Sequence record: LC819009.1
Length of the DNA: 64,000 nucleotides
Direction: 5' to 3' (one strand)
Each line of letters opens with the position of its first letter. The stretch's first letter is position 1. The notes beneath the pieces are model-generated. The model was not told the origin of the DNA, searched no databases, and saw nothing but the letters and a program-made list of their open reading frames with translations. A program made the position numbers and the translations under genes. Positions 18,686 to 26,832 of the stretch are shown in pieces.

Positions 18686-19433
18686 CTTCTACCTCATTGG
18701 CGAGATTTAGAGAATTCAAGTACTCCATGCGCTCATCGATGGCATCCTTGAGTGTTCGTTTATTTCGGCGTTCCCAGATAAACACGGTCTTCGCCATGGT
18801 CTCGCACGCGACACAGCGTTCGCACGGAACAAACTTCACATCGTCGGGCTGGTCATCTCCAGCAGCGACAGGAAGTTCACAGATCCAGAGATCCCGAATG
18901 ATTTCCAACGGCATCTCTTTCAGGATCCGATCCTTCGAGTGATGCATCAGGGGGAATTCCAGCGGCACCTGTTCGTACCGCGCGAATGCGCTGGTGTGTT
19001 GCCAAGCCAACGCCAGATCCCCGAGATGCATTGAGATCTGATCCCCCATTACGATACCCATACAGACTTTCGAATGCTTCCGACCGTCTACTGCATACTG
19101 CAGCCCGAACTGCCACAACGGTGCCTGAGCAAACGTGTGATCGGGAATGAGATTATTCCAGCTTTTGACGGTATGTCCGCTATGCGGATCTTTTTCCATC
19201 ACGTTGAAGAAGTTACCCAGATCGACGATCGTATCCGAGATAACGTAATGTCCGGTCTTCTTCTCGAAGAAATCGATGATCTTCTTTCGGGCAGCCAGTT
19301 CCATCGGGATCTTGTCCTGGCATTGTTGTGCCTTGATGTAGCAGGTATAAACGTCACCCTGCTCCAAAGCTTTCCAGAGCATGAACGAGGAGTCCAGGCC
19401 GCCCGAAAATACGAGAAGGGGTTTCTTATTCAT
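18435..19433 (-). CDS. queC: QueC-like PP-loop ATPase (7-cyano-7-deazaguanine synthase family)
   Basis: LLVFSGGLDS PP-loop; WICELP...PCERCVAC four-Cys zinc site. Confidence 0.75.
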   Translation of the reverse strand: MNKKPLLVFSGGLDSSFMLWKALEQGDVYTCYIKAQQCQDKIPMELAARKKIIDFFEKKTGHYVISDTIVDLGNFFNVMEKDPHSGHTVKSWNNLIPDHTFAQAPLWQFGLQYAVDGRKHSKVCMGIVMGDQISMHLGDLALAWQHTSAFARYEQVPLEFPLMHHSKDRILKEMPLEIIRDLWICELPVAAGDDQPDDVKFVPCERCVACETMAKTVFIWERRNKRTLKDAIDERMEYLNSLNLANEVEDVQASNSHGSDGCGKTQSGDCGEAELLLSDGADGAGIRDKREAGIERGVLSVPKAVELATHVPQVGLRKEDETVLGMHSLISG

Positions 19434-20283
19434 TATTCATTACCCCCTTCTTCTCTTCGAACTCGGAATGAGAATCGATGTTGGAATACGTCGGCGCATC
19501 CCGCAGAACGATTTTCCCTTCGTCGTACATCTTCCTGGTCTCTGGCGCCATTTGTTCGATCATCTTTTCTTTCGTCGTACCTGGAAGCACGTACATGATG
19601 AGGGTCGAGTCAGGTATGACGTTTTCCAACTTGTGTTCCGGTCGAAGCTTACCGACCTGATACATGCGATGCAGATTGAGCGGATCACCTTCGCCGCGAG
19701 TCATCGGAACATTCGTCGGTTTCAAACGACCCGTCAGACATTCGCCGACATAAGGCAAAGCTTCCGGACGATTCGGGTTGAAGTCCGGTCCTTTGAACTT
19801 ATCCGAATAACCGCCGACTTCCATCAGAGGTGGATGATCTGCATCCGGAGGAACAACGCCGAATGACAACGATCCATCTGGATTCATCTGACAGTCGATT
19901 GCGATCGGCATATTGCGAGAAGTTAGCATTTTCATCCCCTCTTCGGAAATATTTCGATCGGTCAAAACTTCAACTTCAGGCATTTCCAGCGAGACGTTTA
20001 GCACGAGTCCAGCCTTAGCTGCCTCTTCCAACACCATCGCCGACTTCCGTTGTGTAACGGGATGAACGATAAGAGGATAGAGGCTTCCACGATGGATGTC
20101 AGGATCGCGCGGGACGAAGGGGGTAGGACCGGGCGTCGAGAAGATCACCATTTCGCCTTTCTTGAAACCGCCACCCCAGTCTTTCATGATCTGCTCTGGA
20201 ATGGAGTTACGACAAGCCTCTGTCTGTTCGTCATGCATCTTCGGATCGAACAGAGGCGTAATGATTTTTGTCTTATCGTTCAT
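19426..20283 (-). CDS. Hypothetical protein with degenerate DnaB/RecA-like segment
   Basis: GGGFKKGEMVIFSTPG...RKS...VLNVSLEMP. Confidence 0.55.
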   Translation of the reverse strand: MNDKTKIITPLFDPKMHDEQTEACRNSIPEQIMKDWGGGFKKGEMVIFSTPGPTPFVPRDPDIHRGSLYPLIVHPVTQRKSAMVLEEAAKAGLVLNVSLEMPEVEVLTDRNISEEGMKMLTSRNMPIAIDCQMNPDGSLSFGVVPPDADHPPLMEVGGYSDKFKGPDFNPNRPEALPYVGECLTGRLKPTNVPMTRGEGDPLNLHRMYQVGKLRPEHKLENVIPDSTLIMYVLPGTTKEKMIEQMAPETRKMYDEGKIVLRDAPTYSNIDSHSEFEEKKGVMNNE

Positions 20284-20292
20284 TCTTTACCT

Positions 20293-20745
20293 TCATTTTA
20301 AAATGATTGAGGACAACGCTGCGATGGCGTATTTATCGCCTGCCATACTTTCGCATGTTGCTCTAAGTGCTTCTACATCACAAGCTCGTTCCAACGCCAG
20401 ACGTTCATCATCCGCTTTCATTTGGATGAATTTCAGCTTCGCACGAATGGCGCGGTAATACGGACGGATTTCGTTCACACATGCTCTCAGCACGGTCAGG
20501 ATATCTTTGCCCGGACCATCTTCGTAAAACAGCTTATGCAAGAGAGGTTGGTTTTCATCGTTGGGCGGCAGCAACAACAATTCCCGACATACCGCCATGC
20601 GTATGTATTCGTAGCGCGCATGAACCGCGGCTACGCTAATGCCGAAATCCTTGCCGACACGGGCAAACCCTTTACCCTCGAAAACGATTTCTTCGAAGAT
20701 ACCGAAATAGCCATTCAGGTTTTCCAATGTCTGCATGGCGATCAC
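20293..20745 (-). CDS. Protein with N-terminal sigma-70 region-4-like HTH
   Basis: IFEEIVFEGKGFARVGKDFGISVAAVHARYEYIR. Confidence 0.5.
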   Translation of the reverse strand: MIAMQTLENLNGYFGIFEEIVFEGKGFARVGKDFGISVAAVHARYEYIRMAVCRELLLLPPNDENQPLLHKLFYEDGPGKDILTVLRACVNEIRPYYRAIRAKLKFIQMKADDERLALERACDVEALRATCESMAGDKYAIAALSSIILK

Positions 20746-20936
20746 CGATTTAGATGCGAGACGAGGGCTTCAGCTTCAGTCTGCGAATACACCACAGCCA
20801 GCTGATCGCCATCCTCATCGATGATTTCAAACTGTTCGACATCCTGCAATTCGTCGACAGTTACCGGTTCACCACTCTCATGCTTGAAGACGTGTTCTTC
20901 AACTGCGTCTTCATCGATCTTAGCCCATTTGTACAT
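20742..20936 (-). CDS. Small acidic hypothetical protein
   Basis: TTTTAAAA plus GAGGAG RBS before MYKWAK. Confidence 0.65.
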   Translation of the reverse strand: MYKWAKIDEDAVEEHVFKHESGEPVTVDELQDVEQFEIIDEDGDQLAVVYSQTEAEALVSHLNR

Positions 20937-20970
20937 TTTGTTACTCCTCAGTTTTAAAAAGACCTGGTAA

Positions 20971-21210
20971 TTACTTCGAACGTTGCGGCACTTTCGGAAA
21001 CTCTGCTTCTTTACCATCCGCATCGCGAATGATAATGGTCTTCCCGCTCGCCTGTAAATCGACGATGTAGCTATACGTACCGAGTGCGTGACGAATCACA
21101 TCTGCCAAGCCAGTTGCTGCAGTTTGCATCTGAAGCTTTTCAATCTCAACATGCGTTTCGGGTGACATGTCGAGTTGGAAGCCCTTCTTCTTCGATTTGC
21201 TCTTAAACAT
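20971..21210 (-). CDS. Ribbon-helix-helix (CopG-like) protein
   Basis: GFQLDMSPETHVEIEKLQMQT...LADVIRHAL. Confidence 0.65.
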   Translation of the reverse strand: MFKSKSKKKGFQLDMSPETHVEIEKLQMQTAATGLADVIRHALGTYSYIVDLQASGKTIIIRDADGKEAEFPKVPQRSK

Positions 21211-21259
21211 TACATCTCCTCAGATTGAATTAGGAGGGGAGCCGCAGCTCCCCATGACT

Positions 21260-21898
21260 TTAATACCGCCACGGATTGCGCGGATAGTTGTCTGCCTGCC
21301 GGTAAGCGTAGTCGGGACGGACATAGCGGTCGACGTAACCCGGCGGATAACCGCGCGGATACGGACGAACTGCCGGCTGAATCACTACCTGCGTCGGACC
21401 GTAATACGGTCTGTTGTACTGAACGGGCGGCGGTGCGTAATACACCGGCGCCGGAGAACGAACGAGGTGCGGTGGTTCTTGCTGGATGTATGCTTGTTGC
21501 GGATACTGCTGCACATACGGAGGATCGTCGGCGTCGACTTCTGCGACCTGGTTGGGATCATACGTCTGCTGCGGCGCAGGCGCGTCGGAATACGTGTACG
21601 TGCGAGACTGCAACGGAGCCTGGGGTCGTTGCTGTTGTTGCTGATCGTACAACTGCGCGTAATTACGGGCATCGTAGTCTCCGCGTTGAATCCAACCATT
21701 GCGGAATGCTCGGGCACGATCCGACATGGGACTATCGGGATCTTCAGCGCGATTATCCGCGTTACGAGTCCAGTCATCGGGTGTAATCTGCCGAGGCTGT
21801 CCATTAGCGTCCGGTACGCTATAAGCGTAGAACGGACCATCGGCCCAAGCCGACATACTGACAAGCAGTAATGCGCAAAGCGCGATTCGAGTTTTCAT
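21260..21898 (-). CDS. Secreted Pro/Gln/Tyr-rich low-complexity protein
   Basis: Signal peptide MKTRIALCALLLVSMSAWA-D; YAPPPVQY and PYPRGYPPGY tracts. Confidence 0.75.
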   Translation of the reverse strand: MKTRIALCALLLVSMSAWADGPFYAYSVPDANGQPRQITPDDWTRNADNRAEDPDSPMSDRARAFRNGWIQRGDYDARNYAQLYDQQQQQRPQAPLQSRTYTYSDAPAPQQTYDPNQVAEVDADDPPYVQQYPQQAYIQQEPPHLVRSPAPVYYAPPPVQYNRPYYGPTQVVIQPAVRPYPRGYPPGYVDRYVRPDYAYRQADNYPRNPWRY

Positions 21899-21925
21899 TT
21901 TTCTTCCCCGTGTTTTAAAAAGGAA

Positions 21926-22480
21926 TTACTTCTGCTTCGGAAACAGATAGAAGATCGCCAGAAGCCTGCAATCTTTATCCAGTTTGATGGACTGGTTGCC
22001 GAGCAACAACCGTGAAGCGTTTTCGAAACCACGACTGCATGCCGAGATATAGTCGTCCATGGACATGATCATCGTGCCAAAGCACTCAGTCGTTCGGACC
22101 ACCGAGTCATCAGACTCTGAAGCGAAGTTCAGAGGACAGACCTTTTGATCGATGGGATCCGAGTCGGTGTGAACCGGACAGATCCAGTTGCTCCCCCGCT
22201 GATCCTGAATCACCATGAAAGCACAGAGATTTCGGATCTTGTTTGTGTCTTTATCCAGATACTCCAAATATTCCCCTTGCTCACGGGCCTTGAGGATATC
22301 CTCATAGATCGTGGAGAAAGTATCGGAGTCCATGATCAACTTCCCGAAGAAGATCAATGGATTCTGCAGAGGCTCGGGATCTTCCTTAAGCAGAAGGGAA
22401 TTCTTCCACTGTATCGCCGCGCCAGGATTTACGGGTTTATCTTTCTCGTTAGGTTTATTTACAACAGGGTTCATGATCAC
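21926..22480 (-). CDS. Hypothetical protein
   Basis: 184-aa ORF after TTTTAAAA and AGGTGAG. Confidence 0.7.
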   Translation of the reverse strand: MIMNPVVNKPNEKDKPVNPGAAIQWKNSLLLKEDPEPLQNPLIFFGKLIMDSDTFSTIYEDILKAREQGEYLEYLDKDTNKIRNLCAFMVIQDQRGSNWICPVHTDSDPIDQKVCPLNFASESDDSVVRTTECFGTMIMSMDDYISACSRGFENASRLLLGNQSIKLDKDCRLLAIFYLFPKQK

Positions 22481-22599
22481 TCACCTGTAATTATTTTAAA
22501 AACGGACTGTCCTGTTATTAGGACAGGCTTTTCCCCCCAGGTTCAAACATTATCGCAGACGAGTTAGTTTTACTCGCTTGTCTACAGAACTTCAGTTGG

Positions 22600-22616
22600 A
22601 TGATATATTTCCGAAA
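22600..22616 (-). promoter_or_regulatory. Putative early phage promoter
   Basis: TTTCGGAAATATATCAT. Confidence 0.6.
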
Positions 22617-22690
22617 AGAAATACAGCAAACATAATCCCAGGGAACCCTTTCGGGCCCCTGGGATTATAGTCTTTGTGCTTCTTACCTAC

Positions 22691-23134
22691 TTACGCAGCA
22701 GGCGGCGGCGTACCAGCAGCCGGCTGTGCCGGCGTCTGTGGTGCTGCAGCAACGCTCGGCGCTGCGGCCGATGGTGCTGCGGTTGCTGAAGCCTGTGATG
22801 TAACTGCGGAAATAAGGGCTTCAGCGTTGGCGACTGCCTGCGCGTCATTCGCAGATGTCGTCAATGTATCGAGACGTTTCTGTTTGATCAGGCGAGATGC
22901 TGCGCCGACAAACGAGACGATCGCGATGATGTGCGCCAGTTGCGGAGGAGCACTTGCGCCGGTCAGCAAACCCGACTGGAGAGCCAGGTTGTACAGATCC
23001 GGAGCAGCGCCTACGATGGCGAAGAACCACACCGAGTACATCGTGTAGAACTTGCGCCATTCGGTGACGAGTTCGAGACCGATCTTGTTCAGACCAGCTT
23101 CGATCTTGTCTCCGAGTGCGGAGAAAAAGCTCAT
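22691..23134 (-). CDS. Holin-like membrane protein
   Basis: WRKFYTMYSVW motif, two TM segments, Ala/Pro-rich tail. Confidence 0.55.
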   Translation of the reverse strand: MSFFSALGDKIEAGLNKIGLELVTEWRKFYTMYSVWFFAIVGAAPDLYNLALQSGLLTGASAPPQLAHIIAIVSFVGAASRLIKQKRLDTLTTSANDAQAVANAEALISAVTSQASATAAPSAAAPSVAAAPQTPAQPAAGTPPPAA

Positions 23135-23145
23135 GGTTACCTCAC

Positions 23146-23748
23146 TTAAGAAAGAACTACGATACCAACGTCCTTGACACGGAGTTCTCCGTTGGGCGGA
23201 TAAACCATGACGTGAGGAACATTAGCTGCATACTGACGAAGCGTTTCTTGCGCATCGTCTCTTTGCCTGGCTTGCTCGTAAAACCATTTGGTCTTGCCGA
23301 GATACTTCTTGCACTTGGATTCCATTGCTCCGGGACCCGTGCCAATGAAACCACGAGCGCGCATTTCTTTGTAGAAAGCACGCAGCGCCATTTCACGTTG
23401 TTGTCTTGTCATGTGGTACCAATCGAAACGATCAGACCACTCATCCATCTCCGGAGTCTCAACGACTTCGAATACCATATCGTGCGGCATGTCAGCCGTA
23501 TCCACGATATGCATGTAGAGTTTTTGTCCAGACTTCCAGAACTCGTGCTTATGTTCGAAGATCCTGGCAATGTCTTTATCAGGAATTGGTTCGATGAAAA
23601 GCGAAATGTGGTCGTAGTAACCACCCGGCATTCCATAGAGAGCCTGATCAGTCACATCCTTCTTGATTGCTTCAGGAGAAAGATGATGAGTCAATCGGCT
23701 CGTCTTAAGAGTCGCGTATTTCGCTTTCGAGTAATGATAGAAAAGCAT
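23146..23748 (-). CDS. Hypothetical protein
   Basis: TAATG coupling with the upstream HAD gene; MLFYHYSK start. Confidence 0.7.
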   Translation of the reverse strand: MLFYHYSKAKYATLKTSRLTHHLSPEAIKKDVTDQALYGMPGGYYDHISLFIEPIPDKDIARIFEHKHEFWKSGQKLYMHIVDTADMPHDMVFEVVETPEMDEWSDRFDWYHMTRQQREMALRAFYKEMRARGFIGTGPGAMESKCKKYLGKTKWFYEQARQRDDAQETLRQYAANVPHVMVYPPNGELRVKDVGIVVLS

Positions 23749-24233
23749 TACTTGATGTCGAACGTCTTGGTTCCATCGCCTTCCTCTTTCGGAGGTAGGA
23801 CTTCCCACTGAACGAGGATCTCGCGCAGCTTCACCCAGTCAACGCAGGGTTTACCGTTACTACCCACCTTGAGCGGAATGCCGATACCAGCATCATCCAC
23901 ATAGATGGAAGCGTAGACTTTGGGAGAATTGGACCACTTCTCCTGCTCGGGGTTTTCGTTGATCCCCCAAAAGTCGATGTTGTTTTTGTTGCAATAGACG
24001 ACAGCTTCGTGCAGCTTGTCTTCCGATCGCATGGTCAGAAGAATGAGTTTGATACCCACCTTCTTCAATTCTTGCAGGACCTCAATAGCCCCTTCATTCG
24101 GTTTACCGATATACGGAAAATCGTTCTCGACAATCGTGCCGTCGAAATCCACCGCAAATATCGTTTTCTCGAACTTCTTCCGTGTTTCTTCGACGTCAGG
24201 TTCGGTTACTTCATTCGTGTTCAGCCACGGCAT
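23748..24233 (-). CDS. HAD-superfamily hydrolase
   Basis: FAVDFDGTIV motif I, LLTMRS motif II, YVDD motif IV. Confidence 0.85.
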   Translation of the reverse strand: MPWLNTNEVTEPDVEETRKKFEKTIFAVDFDGTIVENDFPYIGKPNEGAIEVLQELKKVGIKLILLTMRSEDKLHEAVVYCNKNNIDFWGINENPEQEKWSNSPKVYASIYVDDAGIGIPLKVGSNGKPCVDWVKLREILVQWEVLPPKEEGDGTKTFDIK

Positions 24234-24325
24234 ATCTGCACCCTGTTATTTGTCACAAGATCAGCCAAAAAAAAAATATAGGACATAGAATGGATGGGCG
24301 AAAGCCCATCCATTCTGTACAGCGG

Positions 24326-24796
24326 TTAGTTCTGAGTAATCAGAACGTATTCCCATTTATCGGCGTTGGGAATGCACCGGTCCTCTGCTGCCTTGTAGGC
24401 TTTCGCTTGATCCCACAGCGATGACTGTTCGATCAGAGTGTGAATGATCGAACATGCCGTGCCAACTTTATCGTACTCTTCACGCGACAGAACACGAATC
24501 AGTTTGTTCCTGCTGTCCCAGGACTTGTGGACAATTTCCTGAGCTTCTTCCAGGATATCCTGGATGCCGACAGACTCGAAGTTCTTGAGCAACTCCAGAC
24601 CCACATACATCCGGATCTTCAGCGTGATGCGATCGCCCAGGTTGGCGAAACCATCACGATAGGCGAGCAGCCGGAAGTAGCAGTTCAGCGTCATCGTAGT
24701 GGAATCGTCTTCCGAGTACTCGAACGTCTTTGCCGAGTATTCGACGATGTTATCTTGCTTCGGACGGAAGCCTTTGCGGATTTGTGTTTTAGCCAT
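24326..24796 (-). CDS. Hypothetical protein
   Basis: 156-aa ORF after TTTTAAAA. Confidence 0.7.
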   Translation of the reverse strand: MAKTQIRKGFRPKQDNIVEYSAKTFEYSEDDSTTMTLNCYFRLLAYRDGFANLGDRITLKIRMYVGLELLKNFESVGIQDILEEAQEIVHKSWDSRNKLIRVLSREEYDKVGTACSIIHTLIEQSSLWDQAKAYKAAEDRCIPNADKWEYVLITQN

Positions 24797-24808
24797 GTTT
24801 GTATTATC

Positions 24809-25693
24809 TTACTTCGTTTTAAAAAGGTTTACGACGTTTTGGGGCTTGGGACGAACCTTCAGATCCGGAATACTCTCTTTCGTTTGCATCAGAACCTTGG
24901 TAGCCCAATGGAAAACTTTTGAGGGTTTTTCTTCCGTATAACCACGCGGAATCGAAACACCGGTTGCCATGCTAAATGCCATAGCGCATTGCCGGAAGAA
25001 AGTTTCGTCCAGCAAATGGTAGAACTTGACCAGATGGGCGGTATCCTGATACAGGCCGTGCAATTCTGCCTGATGGATACTGCCAATGATGCGATCCAGT
25101 TCGATCGTGTTGAACATCTTGATCGGCCAGTCAGCGGGTGCTTCTTCGTCAGTATGGTAGACGATTCGGTCACGCTGTGTAATCACCATCGAGACGAGAT
25201 AGTCCAGCACCTGCAGACCTTCGTAAGCCATGCGCTTCGGGATATGAGAGCCCGTGAACATCGCGTTCGCATTGAAGTACGAGATCTGGCTAAGCTTCGC
25301 CATGATGTTAGCCGAAGTCTCCATCAATGCCGTGCCGAATTCCTCATCACCTGGACGCATAGCACGAGCTTCGATTTCGTCGATCAGCAACTTCGACATC
25401 GGCTCACGTGCAAGGACCAGTTGTTCTACTTCCAGCAACCAGCCAGGCTGAACCTGAGTCGGATAAACTGCGACGCCTTTGAAGCCGAGCGTACGATGCT
25501 GGATCAAACCATCCTTACCCGGCTTTACCGCTTCGAGTACAGGAGGTGTAATCTCACTACCTCCCATCCATTCATAAAGGCGAATGGAGTTAGATGACTG
25601 ATGGAACTTGCCATCGAAGTCTTTAATGCATCCTTCAATGCTTGGTAGTACATATTCTTGTTGTCCGAGATTGATTGTCAAAGGTGTGTTCAT
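24809..25693 (-). CDS. Hypothetical protein
   Basis: 294-aa ORF, GGAG RBS. Confidence 0.7.
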   Translation of the reverse strand: MNTPLTINLGQQEYVLPSIEGCIKDFDGKFHQSSNSIRLYEWMGGSEITPPVLEAVKPGKDGLIQHRTLGFKGVAVYPTQVQPGWLLEVEQLVLAREPMSKLLIDEIEARAMRPGDEEFGTALMETSANIMAKLSQISYFNANAMFTGSHIPKRMAYEGLQVLDYLVSMVITQRDRIVYHTDEEAPADWPIKMFNTIELDRIIGSIHQAELHGLYQDTAHLVKFYHLLDETFFRQCAMAFSMATGVSIPRGYTEEKPSKVFHWATKVLMQTKESIPDLKVRPKPQNVVNLFKTK

Positions 25694-26227
25694 TTAATAA
25701 CTCCGGTTCGATAGGCGCTGAGCCGTTACCACGTTTTGTGGAAAGTCATTCAGTTCGTCGAAATGACTCTCATGTACGTCCACCCTGAAGGTGAAGTTAT
25801 TGATCTTGGTGATCTCGGTGACAGCAGTCAGATCGCTCGTGTAATGAGGATCGTCCTCATGACCACGAGGCATCTGGTGAGGCGCGAAGTAATAGCCTGC
25901 ACCTTGTAGTTCTGAAAACACTTCTTCACCGCAGAACAAAATCAGATCTCTTAAGCGATCCCGGTCCAGATGTGAGAGATGGTATCGACCAATCCCAAAC
26001 TGATTCAGGATGCTATATGCGAGATCTTCGAGATTCTGTTCGCATGCGGCCATTGATCGCGGAAACATTGCACACGCGGTCATGACTTCTTCCATGAAAG
26101 CATAAAACGTCAACGCTTTCAGAAACCGGTAATACTCAGGCCATGGTGCGATTTGTGCTAGCTCGGTCTCCTTAACGAACTCTTCGTAAGAGCGTTTGAG
26201 CCTTATAACAAAAGTGAGTTGTGCCAT
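25694..26227 (-). CDS. Hypothetical protein
   Basis: 177-aa ORF. Confidence 0.65.
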   Translation of the reverse strand: MAQLTFVIRLKRSYEEFVKETELAQIAPWPEYYRFLKALTFYAFMEEVMTACAMFPRSMAACEQNLEDLAYSILNQFGIGRYHLSHLDRDRLRDLILFCGEEVFSELQGAGYYFAPHQMPRGHEDDPHYTSDLTAVTEITKINNFTFRVDVHESHFDELNDFPQNVVTAQRLSNRSY

Positions 26228-26636
26228 TTCGCAGGGGATGTTTTACAACGATTGCAAAATTGGAACGAGAGACTGGAATGACCCTGACGGGTCGAGTTCC
26301 TCTCTCACGGATGTAATCGAAAAGATGAATGTCTTCAAACATCTCCACGATAGATTCGCAGATTGCGTATAGAATACCGCAGATCTTCACATACGGCTCG
26401 TCTTGCGAGAAAACGTATTCCTGGATGATCCCCTTATCGTAGAGTTTACCGATCAGGTACTCAATCTCATTTATTTGTTGCCGTGCTTCTTTAGCATTTT
26501 CCATTCCTTCAGTCAGGAACTTAACTAACTCCTCCAACAGATCGCGACGGTTAACGTCCTCGAACATCCCGGTCGTATCGAAACGACGTATATGGCGATC
26601 AATGTTGAAGATCACACCGAATCGATATTTCGCCAT
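26172..26636 (-). CDS. Hypothetical protein
   Basis: Start MAKYRF just after the terminator hairpin. Confidence 0.65.
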   Translation of the reverse strand: MAKYRFGVIFNIDRHIRRFDTTGMFEDVNRRDLLEELVKFLTEGMENAKEARQQINEIEYLIGKLYDKGIIQEYVFSQDEPYVKICGILYAICESIVEMFEDIHLFDYIRERGTRPVRVIPVSRSNFAIVVKHPLRNGTTHFCYKAQTLLRRVR

Positions 26637-26650
26637 GATTACCCAATTAG

Positions 26651-26691
26651 AAAAAGATCCCCGTCCAGACCCGAGAGGGTCTGGATCGGGG
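26651..26691 (-). terminator. Intrinsic terminator
   Basis: CCCCGATCCAGACCC-TCTC-GGGTCTGGACGGGG followed by ATCTTTTT. Confidence 0.8.
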
Positions 26692-26808
26692 CGACACTTA
26701 TGACACGACAGGATCAACGGCTAAATCGGATCACTCACCATGCCATTAGTCCCGAGAGAATAGCGCCCGAGTCGAGGAGAAGACTCTGGAGATGGGCAGC
26801 TATTCAAT
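26651..26808 (-). ncRNA. Candidate small RNA with anti-SD (CUCC) motifs
   Basis: Bounded by the promoter motif and a U-tailed terminator; nested 5' stem; no ORF longer than 6 codons found. Confidence 0.5.
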
Positions 26809-26811
26809 TAG

Positions 26812-26828
26812 GTAATATATCGGTGAAA
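26812..26828 (-). promoter_or_regulatory. Putative early phage promoter
   Basis: TTTCACCGATATATTAC. Confidence 0.75.
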
Positions 26829-26832
26829 TCAA

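Noticed and set aside
26681-26795. CsrB/RsmZ-like GGA-rich sRNA on the plus strand
   Set aside because: Several GGA motifs occur, but the promoter motif and the U-tailed terminator both point to the minus strand. Kept only as an alternative if plus-strand RNA is found.
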